58,512 nucleotides of DNA from an uncultured beta proteobacterium (lineage in GTDB: Bacteria; Pseudomonadota; Gammaproteobacteria; Burkholderiales; SG8-39): contig CAIUKQ010000222.1 in the NCBI GenBank assembly GCA_903899705.1, positions 1 to 58,512 of the forward strand. Reading direction: 5' to 3'. Positions 18,252 to 28,260 of this stretch are shown one piece after another. Each line of letters starts with the position of its first letter. Position 1 is the stretch's first letter. Made by a program: the position numbers and the translations under genes. Below the pieces are notes generated by a model, which was given only the letters and a program-made list of their open reading frames with translations, had not been told where the DNA came from and ran no database searches.

Positions 18252-18498
18252 GCGGGTCCTCCTCCTGGGATTGGGCCGGATGGCCTTGGGGACATGAGCG
18301 GGAGATGATCCCACAAGGCGACAAAGGCTGCAAAATCAGCCGATACAAAAAAGGGTCTGAAGCCTCGCCGGACTGGCGAGGCGACCCATGCCTCAGCTTC
18401 GATCACGCCGGTTTTGCTTGCCACCAAGGCTAGAATGGACAAATGGAATCCGACGCGGAAATACATCCGAATGGCCCTCGACTCGACCGGGAGGCGTG

Positions 18499-19326
18499 AT
18501 GGCATCGAATGATCTCCGTCCCGGCCAATCCATTGAGTTGCTCAAGGAACTGCATATCCTTACACGGGATGAGAAACTCAATCAGGACAGCCGAAGAAAA
18601 CTGAAACAAATCAATCATTTATACGGATTCATCGAGCCCCTGCTCAAGGATATTCCGCAGGACATCCGGTTGGTGGATCACGGTGCCGGCAAATCTTATC
18701 TGGGTTTCATTCTCTACGATCTGTTTTTCAAGTCCCGCGGCGGTAACGATCACATCTATGGAATAGAAACCCGGCAGGAATTGGTTGCGAAATCACAGCA
18801 ACTCGCCGCGAAACTGGGTTTCACAGGGATGTCTTTTCTGCACGAAACGGTGGAGTCGTCGATTACGTCCCTGCAAATTCCGGAAACAGTTGATGTGGTG
18901 ACGGCATTGCATGCCTGCGATACCGCCACGGACGATGCCATTGGATTCGCCCTTGCGAAACTGGCCCGATTCATTGTGCTCGTGCCCTGCTGCCAGGCGG
19001 AGGTGGCGGCCGCATTGAACCGTAACAAGGGCCGTGCGCTGAAAAATACACTGACTGAAATCTGGCGCCATCCCATCCATACACGCGAATTCGGTAGCCA
19101 GGTGACCAATGTACTGCGTTGCCTGCAGCTCGAAGCGCACGGTTATCAGGTGACGGTTACCGAACTGGTGGGCTGGGAGCATTCGATGAAAAATGAATTG
19201 ATCGTTGCCAGGCGGCACGACCAACCCAATCCGCGGTCCGGTGAGCGCCTGGGGGAACTGCTGCAAATGCTGGGGCTGGAAGAACTGGGCGGACGGTTCT
19301 TCGTCGAAGATCCGTTGATCGCTTGA
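18499..19326 (+). CDS. SAM-dependent methyltransferase (Methyltransf_32-like)
   Basis: VDHGAGKSYLGF, ALHACDTATD, VPCC; GGAGG RBS. Confidence 0.88.
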   Translation: MASNDLRPGQSIELLKELHILTRDEKLNQDSRRKLKQINHLYGFIEPLLKDIPQDIRLVDHGAGKSYLGFILYDLFFKSRGGNDHIYGIETRQELVAKSQQLAAKLGFTGMSFLHETVESSITSLQIPETVDVVTALHACDTATDDAIGFALAKLARFIVLVPCCQAEVAAALNRNKGRALKNTLTEIWRHPIHTREFGSQVTNVLRCLQLEAHGYQVTVTELVGWEHSMKNELIVARRHDQPNPRSGERLGELLQMLGLEELGGRFFVEDPLIA

Positions 19327-19329
19327 TGT

Positions 19330-20307
19330 TCAGTTCACCTTGGTGCCGGTCTGCTTGACGATCTTTCCCCACTTCTCGATTTCCGAGCTGACGTAAGCAC
19401 GAAACTCTGCCGCGGAAGTCGGCCAGGGTTCGTTCGCGGTACCGATGATGCGTTCGCGTACATCGGACAACTGCAGCGCGCGCTGAGTTTCCGTTGAGAG
19501 TCGGTTGACGATGTCCACAGGTGTTCCCGCCGGGGCAAGAAATCCGAACCAGCCGCTTGCCTCATAGTCTTTGTAGCCGGCCTCGACCATGGTCGGGACT
19601 TCGGGCATGAGCGCGGAGCGTACCGGGGAGGTTACGACGATGGCCTTTAGTTTGCCGGTGCGCACACCCACCAGCGCATTCTGCGGGTCCACCCAGCCGT
19701 AGTGAACCTGATTGCCGCCAGCCATGGTGGGAATGATGGTGGCCACGGCCTTGAACGGCACCGGCGTGAGATCGGCACCGGTGGCGAATTTGAACATCTC
19801 GCCCGCCAGATGTGAACCGGTGCCGTCGCCGGCGTGCGCGTAGTTGAACTTTCCCGGATTGGATTTCGACTGCGTGATCACCTCACGGACGCTGTTCGGC
19901 CCGCCACTCTCCACCAACAGCATGTACGGTCCCCTAGCGAGGCCCGAGATGGGCGCGAAATCACGGACGGTGTCGTAGGGCAGCTTGAAATACAGCGAAG
20001 GTGCGATGGCAATGCCGCCGGATGAACCTACCAGCAGCGTATAGCCGTCGGCGGGCGATTTGGCGACGAAATCAAACGATATCTGGAAGGAGGCGCCCGG
20101 TTTGTTTTCCACCACCCAGGGTTGTCCCATGCGGTCGGCCATTTTCGCCGCGGCAATGCGGCCGACCACGTCCATGCTGCCTCCGGGGGTGATGCCGATG
20201 ATCAGTTTGATTGGTTTCACCGGATAACTTTGCGCCGATGCGGTGCTCGTCGCGATCAGGGCGCCGATCGCCGTCGCTCGGGCCAATGCAACAACACGTG
20301 CTTTCAT
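19330..20307 (-). CDS. Tripartite tricarboxylate transporter substrate-binding protein (Bug/TctC)
   Basis: TPGGSMD, VENKPGA, PADGYTL, APAGTP. Confidence 0.9.
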   Translation of the reverse strand: MKARVVALARATAIGALIATSTASAQSYPVKPIKLIIGITPGGSMDVVGRIAAAKMADRMGQPWVVENKPGASFQISFDFVAKSPADGYTLLVGSSGGIAIAPSLYFKLPYDTVRDFAPISGLARGPYMLLVESGGPNSVREVITQSKSNPGKFNYAHAGDGTGSHLAGEMFKFATGADLTPVPFKAVATIIPTMAGGNQVHYGWVDPQNALVGVRTGKLKAIVVTSPVRSALMPEVPTMVEAGYKDYEASGWFGFLAPAGTPVDIVNRLSTETQRALQLSDVRERIIGTANEPWPTSAAEFRAYVSSEIEKWGKIVKQTGTKVN

Positions 20308-20316
20308 GATTTCCCC

Positions 20317-21534
20317 CTATGCCGTCGCCGGCGATTGCTGATAGAAATTTCCCGCCTCGACCTTGCACACGGATTTGGAGGGATCAAAAGTGACGCCGAT
20401 CGGATCACCACCGTTTTGCACGATCTCGATCTGTTCGCGAAGGCGGCGGCGCAGCATCGCGATGCCCTTGTCGCTGGTGGCCAGGTTTTCCTCGGAGGTC
20501 AGGGTGATGGGGCCCTGGCCGACCTGGGCTTCGTAATCCATGGGAAAGCTTTGGTGCTCCTCTTCGGTCATCTCGGCCCAGAGCGTTTCTTCGCCGATGC
20601 GTTTTCGCCCTTCATAGTCCTTTGGCACGCGCAGCGCGGAGAAATGGCACACGTGGGTGTCGTCGATGGGTACCCGCCAGATCATGTGGTTGGAACGACC
20701 GGGGCTGAGGCTCCCTCCATCGGGAACGCTTTGCACATTGGGATACATGCCCACGGAGATCCGGTCGAGCACATTGCCGTCCTCCAGTTTGCGATGCGCG
20801 CGATACAGAACGCCCAGTTCGGTGTACTCGAAGGTGACATCCGGCATGATGGCGAAGGTCGGCGCAAACAGTTCGCCGCGCCCGCTGTGGCTGACATGGA
20901 GAATGGGCACATGGAAAGGGTCCATGATGTTCTCGAAATCCTGCAGCCAGTTGCAGGGCAGCACTTCCAGCGGATGGTCCGGCCCCGCCTTGAAGCCCGA
21001 AGTGGAATTGGGAAAAATCTTTTCGCCGGGTCCGAGATTTTCGAGAATGTCCCATCGCGGCAGCACCGGCTGTCTGTCCGGTGGCCCGAGGTAGGCGAAC
21101 ACCAGGCCATAGAGCTCCTGCAACGGGTACCAGGGTTGGCGCACATTATTTTTGTGCAAACCGCCCTGGGGCTCGCAGGGCTGATCGATGCATCGGCCTT
21201 CCACGTCGAACTGCCATCCGTGATAGCAACAGCGGATGCCGTGTTCATCGACTTTTCCGTAGTAAAGAGTGGTGCCGCGGTGCGCGCAGCGCGGATGCAG
21301 CAGCCCGGGGCGACCCCTGCCGTCCCGGAAAATGATCAGGTCCTCGCCGAGGATGCGAAGATTTTGCGGTCGCATTCCCAGTTTCGACGAAACCCAGACG
21401 GGATGCCAGTAGCGGCGCATGAATTCACCGCAGGGCGTTCCGGGACCGACTTCGCAAAGTTGCGCATCATGGCTTTGTCCGGGCCGCCCGTAGGCCCTTC
21501 CTTCCGTGTAATCGGTGCTAAAGCGCTGCTGCAT
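20317..21534 (-). CDS. Rieske non-heme iron oxygenase alpha subunit (phthalate 4,5-dioxygenase-like)
   Basis: VGPGTPCGE..RRYW, Rieske CAH...CCYHGW, mononuclear Fe motif ENIMDPFHVPILH; GGAGA RBS before ATG 21534. Confidence 0.9.
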   Translation of the reverse strand: MQQRFSTDYTEGRAYGRPGQSHDAQLCEVGPGTPCGEFMRRYWHPVWVSSKLGMRPQNLRILGEDLIIFRDGRGRPGLLHPRCAHRGTTLYYGKVDEHGIRCCYHGWQFDVEGRCIDQPCEPQGGLHKNNVRQPWYPLQELYGLVFAYLGPPDRQPVLPRWDILENLGPGEKIFPNSTSGFKAGPDHPLEVLPCNWLQDFENIMDPFHVPILHVSHSGRGELFAPTFAIMPDVTFEYTELGVLYRAHRKLEDGNVLDRISVGMYPNVQSVPDGGSLSPGRSNHMIWRVPIDDTHVCHFSALRVPKDYEGRKRIGEETLWAEMTEEEHQSFPMDYEAQVGQGPITLTSEENLATSDKGIAMLRRRLREQIEIVQNGGDPIGVTFDPSKSVCKVEAGNFYQQSPATA

Positions 21535-21722
21535 GGGCAATCTCCGGGAGTTTGACCGGCTTTTCGCCGGATAATGGTGGTCAACGCAACGACGTACGTG
21601 AGCGTTAATTAGACTGTGCCATTGACTAATTTAGCCGCTTTTCATCTGTATTGGTTTTCAAGGCAGTTTAAAAAAGGTAGCATTCGGCGCTCAAAATTGT
21701 TACTTTCCCAGAAAGGGGACGT

Positions 21723-22040
21723 ATGAAAAAGCTGTTGATGGGTACCGCCGCCGCGATGGCGATGTGTTTGAGCGCAGGTGCGCAGGCGCAGGATGCCACG
21801 AAGTTGGCGCAGGACAAGGCCTGCCTCGCATGCCACCAGATCGACAAGAAACTGGTGGGTCCCGCATACAAGGATGTCGCCAAGAAATATGCCGGCAACA
21901 AGACCGCCGAGGCCATGCTGATCAAGAAGGTTCGCGAAGGGGGTTCCGGCGTGTGGGGGCAGGTACCGATGCCACCGAACTCGGGCGTCAATGAAAAAGA
22001 AGCGCAGATCCTCGTGAAATGGGTGCTGTCGCAGAAGTAA
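21723..22040 (+). CDS. Cytochrome c551/c552 (class I)
   Basis: Signal peptide, CLACH, VGPAY, WG..PMPP. Confidence 0.95.
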   Translation: MKKLLMGTAAAMAMCLSAGAQAQDATKLAQDKACLACHQIDKKLVGPAYKDVAKKYAGNKTAEAMLIKKVREGGSGVWGQVPMPPNSGVNEKEAQILVKWVLSQK

Positions 22041-22066
22041 TCCTGATTGCGAAAGCAGGGCAGGGA

Positions 22067-22092
22067 AAGGCCGGCGCAAAGCCGGCTTTTTT
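22067..22092 (+). terminator. Rho-independent terminator
   Basis: GCCGGC-gcaaa-GCCGGC followed by T6, after the cytochrome c gene. Confidence 0.8.
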
Positions 22093-22158
22093 GTTAGGTC
22101 GCGGCAAAATGTCGCAGCACCTCCGGCGGGGGTGATACTGTCTGCATGACTCGTTGAA

Positions 22159-22188
22159 TTGACAAGCTTTCCGGCGCGTCCGCATAAT
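22159..22188 (+). promoter_or_regulatory. Sigma70 promoter of the liv operon
   Basis: TTGACA, 18-bp spacer, CATAAT, ending about 23 bp before the livK ATG. Confidence 0.65.
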
Positions 22189-22211
22189 CGCCCACCCATT
22201 TGGAGGCAGAA

Positions 22212-23540
22212 ATGAATAACTCTTCGAATCATCCCTTAAGCCTGAGCCTGACGGCTCTTTTTACTGCCTCGTTGCTGGCGGGATGTGGCGAGGAACCCAA
22301 GCCCGCGCCACCCCCGCCGCCGCCCTCGATTGAAATCAAGATCGGGCACCTGGCACCGCTCACCGGTGGCATTGCCCATCTGGGCAAGGACAATGAAAAT
22401 GGTGCGCGGCTCGCGATCGAAGAGGCCAATGCCGCCAATATCAAGATTGACGGTAAAGATGCCAAATTCATCATGCTGGCCGAAGACGACCAGGCCGACC
22501 CCAAGATTGGCACCACCGTTGCGCAAAAGCTGATCGATGCGAAGGTTGTCGGCGTGGTGGGCCACCTCAACTCGGGCACCTCCATTCCCGCATCGTCCGT
22601 CTACAGCGCCGCCAACATTCCGATGATTTCGGGCTCGGCCACCAATCCGCAACTGACCGAGCAGGGGCTTAAAGGTGTTTTTCGCGTGATGGGTCGCGAT
22701 GACCAGCAGGGTCCGGCGCTTGCGAGCTATCTTGCGGCCAACAACAAGCCCAAGGTGGTCGCTGTGATTGATGACGCCACCGCGTATGGCGAAGGTCTTG
22801 CCAATGAGGTTGAAAAGTTTTTCAAGGGCGCCAATATCCGGGTGCTGCCGCGTGAAAAGGGCGACGATAAACGCGCCGACTGGAAGGCGGTTCTCACCAA
22901 GATCAAGGGCCGCAATCCCGATGTCGTGTTTTATGGTGGCATGGATGCCACGGCGGGCCCGTTGCTCAAACAGGCGCATGAACTCAACATGAAGGCGGTG
23001 TTTTCATTCGGAGACGGTGCTTGCACCGCAAACATGGTTGAACTGGCCGGCGCTGCGACCGAAGGCATGCTCTGCTCCCAGGCGGGCTTGCCGCCCGCGG
23101 CGGCATCCAGGAAGTTTCTGGATGCGTACAAGGCGCGTTTCAAGATCGAACCGATTGTTTACTCGCCCTTCACCTATGACGCGATGCAGGCGCTCATCGC
23201 TGCGATCAAGGGTGCAAACTCTCCTGACCCGTCCAAATACCTGCCCGTTTTGCAGAAGATTGAATTTACGGGTGCGACCGGCCGGATAGCGTTCGACGAG
23301 AAGGGCGATCGCAGGGACGCGGAGATGTCGATCTTCCAGGTGAAAGGCGGCAAGCTGGCGCCGATCGCCATCATCAAGAACGGGAAGACGGTGACCTTTG
23401 ACGAATTCATGGCGCAGGCCAATTCGGCGCCGGCACCTGCGGACGCTCCGAAGGGCGACGCTGGCAAGGATGCGCCTGCCGTGGAGCCTGCCAAGGATGC
23501 GCCCAAAGCAGCGGCGGCTCCCGACGCCGCGAAGAAGTAG
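22212..23540 (+). CDS. livK: Branched-chain amino acid ABC transporter substrate-binding lipoprotein
   Basis: Lipobox LAGC; GHLAPLTG, EDDQADP, GHLNSG, SATNP, YGEGLA. Confidence 0.9.
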   Translation: MNNSSNHPLSLSLTALFTASLLAGCGEEPKPAPPPPPPSIEIKIGHLAPLTGGIAHLGKDNENGARLAIEEANAANIKIDGKDAKFIMLAEDDQADPKIGTTVAQKLIDAKVVGVVGHLNSGTSIPASSVYSAANIPMISGSATNPQLTEQGLKGVFRVMGRDDQQGPALASYLAANNKPKVVAVIDDATAYGEGLANEVEKFFKGANIRVLPREKGDDKRADWKAVLTKIKGRNPDVVFYGGMDATAGPLLKQAHELNMKAVFSFGDGACTANMVELAGAATEGMLCSQAGLPPAAASRKFLDAYKARFKIEPIVYSPFTYDAMQALIAAIKGANSPDPSKYLPVLQKIEFTGATGRIAFDEKGDRRDAEMSIFQVKGGKLAPIAIIKNGKTVTFDEFMAQANSAPAPADAPKGDAGKDAPAVEPAKDAPKAAAAPDAAKK

Positions 23541-23580
23541 GCATTGCGGACACTATTGCCTGCGATGCACCTGCAACAAC

Positions 23581-23606
23581 CGGCACCTTCGGGTGCCGTT
23601 TTTTTT
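23581..23606 (+). terminator. Rho-independent terminator between livK and livH
   Basis: CGGCACC-TTCG-GGTGCCG followed by T8. Confidence 0.85.
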
Positions 23607-23650
23607 GAGTTGTCTGGTGACCGCTGGCTCTGCTTTTTATTTGGCGGATC

Positions 23651-24580
23651 ATGCTGATGGACATCTTCATCCAGCAACTGGTCAACGGCATCACACTGGG
23701 TGCGGTCTACGCCGTCGTCGCGCTGGGGTACACCATGGTCTACGGCATCATCCAGCTCATCAATTTCGCGCATGGCGAACTGGTGATGATCGGGGCGATG
23801 GTGGCCTTCACCCTGATTGGTCTGCTGACTTCCCTGGGCGTGCCCGGATTGCCGGCGGTGGTCCTGGCCACGCTGTGCGCCATGCTGGTGTGTGCGCTGC
23901 TCGGATATGCGATGGAGCGTATGGCCTACCGGCCGTTGCGGGGCGCGCCCAGACTCGCCCCGCTGATCAGTGCCATTGGCGTTTCGATCATCCTGCAGCA
24001 TCTGGCACTGCTGGTCTGGAGCCGCAATCCCCTGGCGTTCCCCCAGGTGGTCAAGACCGAGTCCTATGCGTTGGGCGGAGCGGCCGTCACCAATATACAG
24101 ATCGGCATCCTTGCAATTTCGATCTTCATGATGGGCGGCCTTGCGTGGCTCGTGTATCGCACGCGCCTGGGCACCGCCATGCGGGCGACGTCGCAGAATC
24201 CGCAGATGGCCGCACTGCTTGGCGTGGATGCCAACCGGGTCATTGCGGTCACGTTCATCATCGGTGCGGCGCTGGCGGCGGTGGCCGGAGTCATGGTCGG
24301 CAGTTACTACGGCATTGCGCAGTACACGATGGGTTCCGCGCTCGGCCTCAAGGCATTCTGTGCGGCAGTGCTCGGGGGCATCGGAAACATTCCGGGGGCA
24401 ATGCTGGGCGGGATCCTTCTTGGCGTGGTTGAAGCGCTGGGCGCGGGATATATCGGTGATCTCACCGACAATGTGTTTGGTTCGAATTATCAGGATGTGT
24501 TCGCATTTCTGGTTCTGATCGTCGTGCTGGTGTTTCGACCCTCGGGCCTGCTTGGCGAGCGCATCGGGGACAGGGCGTGA
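23651..24580 (+). CDS. livH: BCAA ABC transporter permease
   Basis: QQLVNG, LINFAHGE, KAFCAAVLGGIG, RPSGLLG. Confidence 0.92.
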   Translation: MLMDIFIQQLVNGITLGAVYAVVALGYTMVYGIIQLINFAHGELVMIGAMVAFTLIGLLTSLGVPGLPAVVLATLCAMLVCALLGYAMERMAYRPLRGAPRLAPLISAIGVSIILQHLALLVWSRNPLAFPQVVKTESYALGGAAVTNIQIGILAISIFMMGGLAWLVYRTRLGTAMRATSQNPQMAALLGVDANRVIAVTFIIGAALAAVAGVMVGSYYGIAQYTMGSALGLKAFCAAVLGGIGNIPGAMLGGILLGVVEALGAGYIGDLTDNVFGSNYQDVFAFLVLIVVLVFRPSGLLGERIGDRA

Positions 24581-25683
24581 TGAAAGCCAATGTCCAATCA
24601 AAGGGCAATGCCTTGCTGCCCGCATGGCGGAACAGACCGCTTGGCGTCGCGCTGGTGGTTCTTGCCCTGCTGGCCCTTCCCTTTGTGCTTGCCGGTGCGG
24701 GCACAGCCTGGGTGCGCATCACCAATCTTGCGATTCTGTTTGTGCTGCTCTCCCTGGGTCTCAACATCGTGGTGGGATTCGCCGGGCTTCTGGATCTTGG
24801 CTATATCGCGTTTTACGCTGTGGGCGCCTATGTCTATGCGCTTCTTGCATCGCCCCATTTCGGGATTCATTGGCCGTTCTGGGCCATCCTGCCCATTGGT
24901 GCGCTGGTGGCAGCGCTGTTCGGCGTTCTGCTGGGAGCGCCCACGCTGAAACTGCGCGGCGACTATCTGGCGATCGTCACGCTGGGTTTTGGCGAGATCG
25001 TGCGAATCTTCCTCAACAACCTCGGTTCGCCGGTGAATATCACCAACGGGCCGCGCGGCATCAACCGGATTGATCCGGTCACCATTGGCGACCTGAACTT
25101 CGCGCGCACCGATTCCTTTTTCGGATTGGCGTTCAGCGGTCCGGTCAAATACTACTATCTGCTGCTTGCGATGCTGGTGGTGGTGATTTTCATCAACCTG
25201 CGTCTGCAGAACTCGCGCATCGGCCGCGCCTGGGAGGCGGTTCGCGAAGATGAGATTGCCGCTCGCGCCATGGGCATCGACACCACGCGCATCAAGCTGC
25301 TGGCCTTTGCCATGGGCGCCTCCTTTGGCGGTGTGGCCGGCGGTATGTTTTCCGCCATGCAGGGCTTCATCAGCCCGGAGAGTTTCGTGCTCGTGGAATC
25401 GGTGATGGTGCTCGCCATGGTGGTGCTGGGCGGCATGGGAAACATATGGGGCGTCATTCTCGGGGCACTGCTGCTCTCCTTTCTTCCTCCCATCCTGCGG
25501 TTCACCGTCCAGCCCCTGCAGGAATATTTTTTCGGCCGCATGCTGGTGGAGCCAGAGGTCATCCGCATGCTCATCTTCGGCTTTGCATTGGTGCTGGTGA
25601 TGGGCTTTCGACCGGGTGGATTGTGGCCGGCGGCAGTAAGAAAACGAAGCTTCTCCGGATCCGGCGGAGGTGCCCATGACTGA
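24577..25683 (+). CDS. livM: BCAA ABC transporter permease
   Basis: GLNIVVGFAGLLDLG, LRGDYLAIVTLGFGE, AVREDE. Confidence 0.92.
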   Translation: MMKANVQSKGNALLPAWRNRPLGVALVVLALLALPFVLAGAGTAWVRITNLAILFVLLSLGLNIVVGFAGLLDLGYIAFYAVGAYVYALLASPHFGIHWPFWAILPIGALVAALFGVLLGAPTLKLRGDYLAIVTLGFGEIVRIFLNNLGSPVNITNGPRGINRIDPVTIGDLNFARTDSFFGLAFSGPVKYYYLLLAMLVVVIFINLRLQNSRIGRAWEAVREDEIAARAMGIDTTRIKLLAFAMGASFGGVAGGMFSAMQGFISPESFVLVESVMVLAMVVLGGMGNIWGVILGALLLSFLPPILRFTVQPLQEYFFGRMLVEPEVIRMLIFGFALVLVMGFRPGGLWPAAVRKRSFSGSGGGAHD

Positions 25684-26446
25684 GCTGCTTTCCTGTCGAT
25701 CCGTCTCGAAAGCATTTGGCGGGATACAGGCCCTCTCGGATATCGGGTTCTCCATCCATGAAGGCGAAATCTACGGATTGATCGGCCCGAACGGGGCGGG
25801 CAAGACGACCTTGTTCAATGTGCTTACCGGCATTTACACGCCGGACAGGGGCTCCATTGTATTTGAAGGAACGCAGCTCGCCGGATTGAAGCCCAACCTG
25901 ATTGTTCGTCGCGGCATCGCACGCACCTTCCAGAACATCCGTCTGTTTCCCAATCTCTCGGCGCTGGAGAACGTGATGATCGGCCGGCACGTGAGAACGA
26001 AGGCCGGTGTTCTGGGCGCGATATTCCGCAATTCGGCAACGCGCGACGAGGAGGCGGACATCGAGGCACGGGCGCTGTCCCTGCTCGAATTCGTGGGCCT
26101 GCGCGAGCGCGCGAATCAGGCGGCGGGCAATCTTGCCTATGGGGACCAGCGGCGGCTCGAGATTGCCCGTGCAATGGCAACCGAACCCCGCTTGCTTGCA
26201 TTGGATGAACCCGCGGCCGGCATGAATGCATCGGAAACGCAGAGCCTTCGCGCATTGCTCGGCGACGTTCGCGCGAGAGGCATCACGCTTCTTCTGATCG
26301 AACACGACGTGCGGCTGGTGATGGGCGTGTGCGATCGCCTGCTGGTACTCGATCACGGCGAAAAGATCGCGGAGGGCGCACCCGTCGCGATCCAGAATGA
26401 TCCGCGCGTGATCGAGGCCTACCTCGGGGCGCCGGCCGCAGCATGA
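25676..26446 (+). CDS. livG: BCAA ABC transporter ATP-binding protein
   Basis: GPNGAGKT, RTFQNIRLF, LDEPAAG, IEHD, EAYLG. Confidence 0.93.
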   Translation: MTELLSCRSVSKAFGGIQALSDIGFSIHEGEIYGLIGPNGAGKTTLFNVLTGIYTPDRGSIVFEGTQLAGLKPNLIVRRGIARTFQNIRLFPNLSALENVMIGRHVRTKAGVLGAIFRNSATRDEEADIEARALSLLEFVGLRERANQAAGNLAYGDQRRLEIARAMATEPRLLALDEPAAGMNASETQSLRALLGDVRARGITLLLIEHDVRLVMGVCDRLLVLDHGEKIAEGAPVAIQNDPRVIEAYLGAPAAA

Positions 26447-27162
26447 GCATGCTCGCGGTCCGCGATCTGGAGGTTCGCTACGGCGGCATTCTCGCCGTCA
26501 AAGGGGTGAGCCTGCATGTCGATGAAGGCGAGCTCGTCTGCTTGATCGGCGCCAACGGCGCAGGCAAATCGAGCACCTTGCGCGCCCTGTCCGGATTGGC
26601 GGAAAACGCCAAAGGCGGCGTCATTTACCAGGAGCGAGACATCGCAGCACGGCCGGCGTTCGAGCGAGCCCGCGCGGGACTTGCATTGGTACCCGAGGGC
26701 CGGGGAATCTTTGCGCAACTGAGCGTCGACGAAAATCTCCTGATGGGGGCTTATATGCGGCGCGACAGCGGTATAAACGCCGATCGGGATGATGTGTTCG
26801 CACTGTTTCCCCGTTTGCGCGAGCGGCGCAGCCAGACCGGCGGAACGCTCTCGGGTGGCGAGCAGCAGATGCTGGCGCTCGGCCGGGCATTGATGAGCCG
26901 CCCGAAATTGCTGATGCTCGACGAGCCCAGCATGGGCCTGGCCCCGCTGGTGGTGCGAAGGATCTTCGAGGTAATCCGTGACATCAACGCCCGGGGCGTC
27001 ACGGTGCTGCTCGTGGAACAGAATGCGAAGGCTGCGCTGGAGCTGGCGACGCGGGCGTACGTGATGGAAAGCGGACGCATCACGCTGGAGGGCGAGGCAC
27101 GCGCATTGCTCAATGACCCCAAGGTGCGTGAAGCCTACCTTGGCGAGAGTGTCGCCCCTTAA
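26443..27162 (+). CDS. livF: BCAA ABC transporter ATP-binding protein
   Basis: GANGAGKS, VPEGRGIF, LSGGEQQM, LDEPSMGLAP, VEQN. Confidence 0.93.
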   Translation: MSMLAVRDLEVRYGGILAVKGVSLHVDEGELVCLIGANGAGKSSTLRALSGLAENAKGGVIYQERDIAARPAFERARAGLALVPEGRGIFAQLSVDENLLMGAYMRRDSGINADRDDVFALFPRLRERRSQTGGTLSGGEQQMLALGRALMSRPKLLMLDEPSMGLAPLVVRRIFEVIRDINARGVTVLLVEQNAKAALELATRAYVMESGRITLEGEARALLNDPKVREAYLGESVAP

Positions 27163-27187
27163 CCGTACGCGACATAAATATTATATA

Positions 27188-27200
27188 AATCAATCACTTA
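27188..27200 (+). promoter_or_regulatory. IHF consensus site between convergent gene ends
   Basis: AATCAATCACTTA matches WATCAANNNNTTR in an AT-rich spacer. Confidence 0.5.
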
Positions 27201-27212
27201 AATGGTTATCTG

Positions 27213-28238
27213 CTACGTGGGCTTGTCGGCCGCCGTGGTGAATGAATCGCAGTAGAACTCTTCTTCCGGCAGGCGGCAAATTGTCGTGAAGTCTTTCTTC
27301 GCCGCATCCACCATGACCGGAACGCCGCAGGCGTACACCTGATGGCCGGAGAGGTCCGGGAAATCCTGCATTACGGCGCGATGGACGAATCCGCTGTGCC
27401 CGGTCCAGTTGTCTTCCGGCAACGCATCTGAAATGACCGGCACATATTTGAAATTCGGATGCTCGGCCGCCCATTTCACCGGCAGTTCGTTCATGTACAA
27501 ATCTTTCGGGCGGCGTCCACCCCAGTACAGCACCATGGGACGGGTGTTCCCCGCGCGAAACGCCGTCTCGAGGATGGCCTTGATCGGCGCGAAGCCGGTG
27601 CCGCTGGCCACGAAAACGATGGGCTTGGCGGATTCCTCCTGAAGCGCAAACGTTCCCAGTGGCGCTTCGAAGCGCAGGATCTCGCGCTCCTTCATCTTGA
27701 GAAACACATGGTCGGTAAAGCTGCCGCCGGGTACATGCCGGACGTGCAGTTGCACGAATTCATCGTCGTGGGGGGCATTGGCCATGGAGAAACTGCGGCG
27801 TGTGCCGTCGCGAAGCATGATGTCCAGGTACTGGCCGGCGATGAACTGGAATCGCTCGGTGGCAGGCAGCTTCAGATAGAGGATGGCGACATCGTCGGTG
27901 ACGCGTTCCAGTTTCTGCAGGCGCGAGGGCAGTATGCGCACCTGGATGTCGCCGGCGGCGCGAACGCTTCTGGCCTCTATCACCACGTCGCTGGTCGGTT
28001 TCGCCTGGCAAAAGAGGGCGCTGCCCGCGGCGCGTTCCTCGGCGCTCAACGCCTTGTCGGAATACCGGCCGTAATCGATACTGCCTTCGATCAGCTTGCC
28101 CTTGCAGCTTCCGCAGGCACCATCACGGCAGCCGTAGGGGATGACCAAACCGGCGGCCAGCGCCGCCTGGAGGATGGTTTCGTCGTCTTCGACCTTGAAC
28201 TGGTGCTTGGTATTGCGAATGGTGACAAGATGGGTCAT
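27213..28238 (-). CDS. 2Fe-2S ferredoxin-NAD(P)H reductase fusion (CDP-6-deoxy-delta-3,4-glucoseen reductase family)
   Basis: CRDGACGSC...C 2Fe-2S motif, RSFS FAD motif, SGTGFAP, YACG; ATG 28238. Confidence 0.9.
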   Translation of the reverse strand: MTHLVTIRNTKHQFKVEDDETILQAALAAGLVIPYGCRDGACGSCKGKLIEGSIDYGRYSDKALSAEERAAGSALFCQAKPTSDVVIEARSVRAAGDIQVRILPSRLQKLERVTDDVAILYLKLPATERFQFIAGQYLDIMLRDGTRRSFSMANAPHDDEFVQLHVRHVPGGSFTDHVFLKMKEREILRFEAPLGTFALQEESAKPIVFVASGTGFAPIKAILETAFRAGNTRPMVLYWGGRRPKDLYMNELPVKWAAEHPNFKYVPVISDALPEDNWTGHSGFVHRAVMQDFPDLSGHQVYACGVPVMVDAAKKDFTTICRLPEEEFYCDSFTTAADKPT

Positions 28239-28260
28239 GGATGCGCGGTAAAATCCGTTG

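Noticed and set aside
27213-28238. O-antigen dideoxysugar pathway implied by the reductase family name
   Set aside because: No CDP-sugar biosynthesis genes nearby; treated as a generic ferredoxin-reductase fusion.
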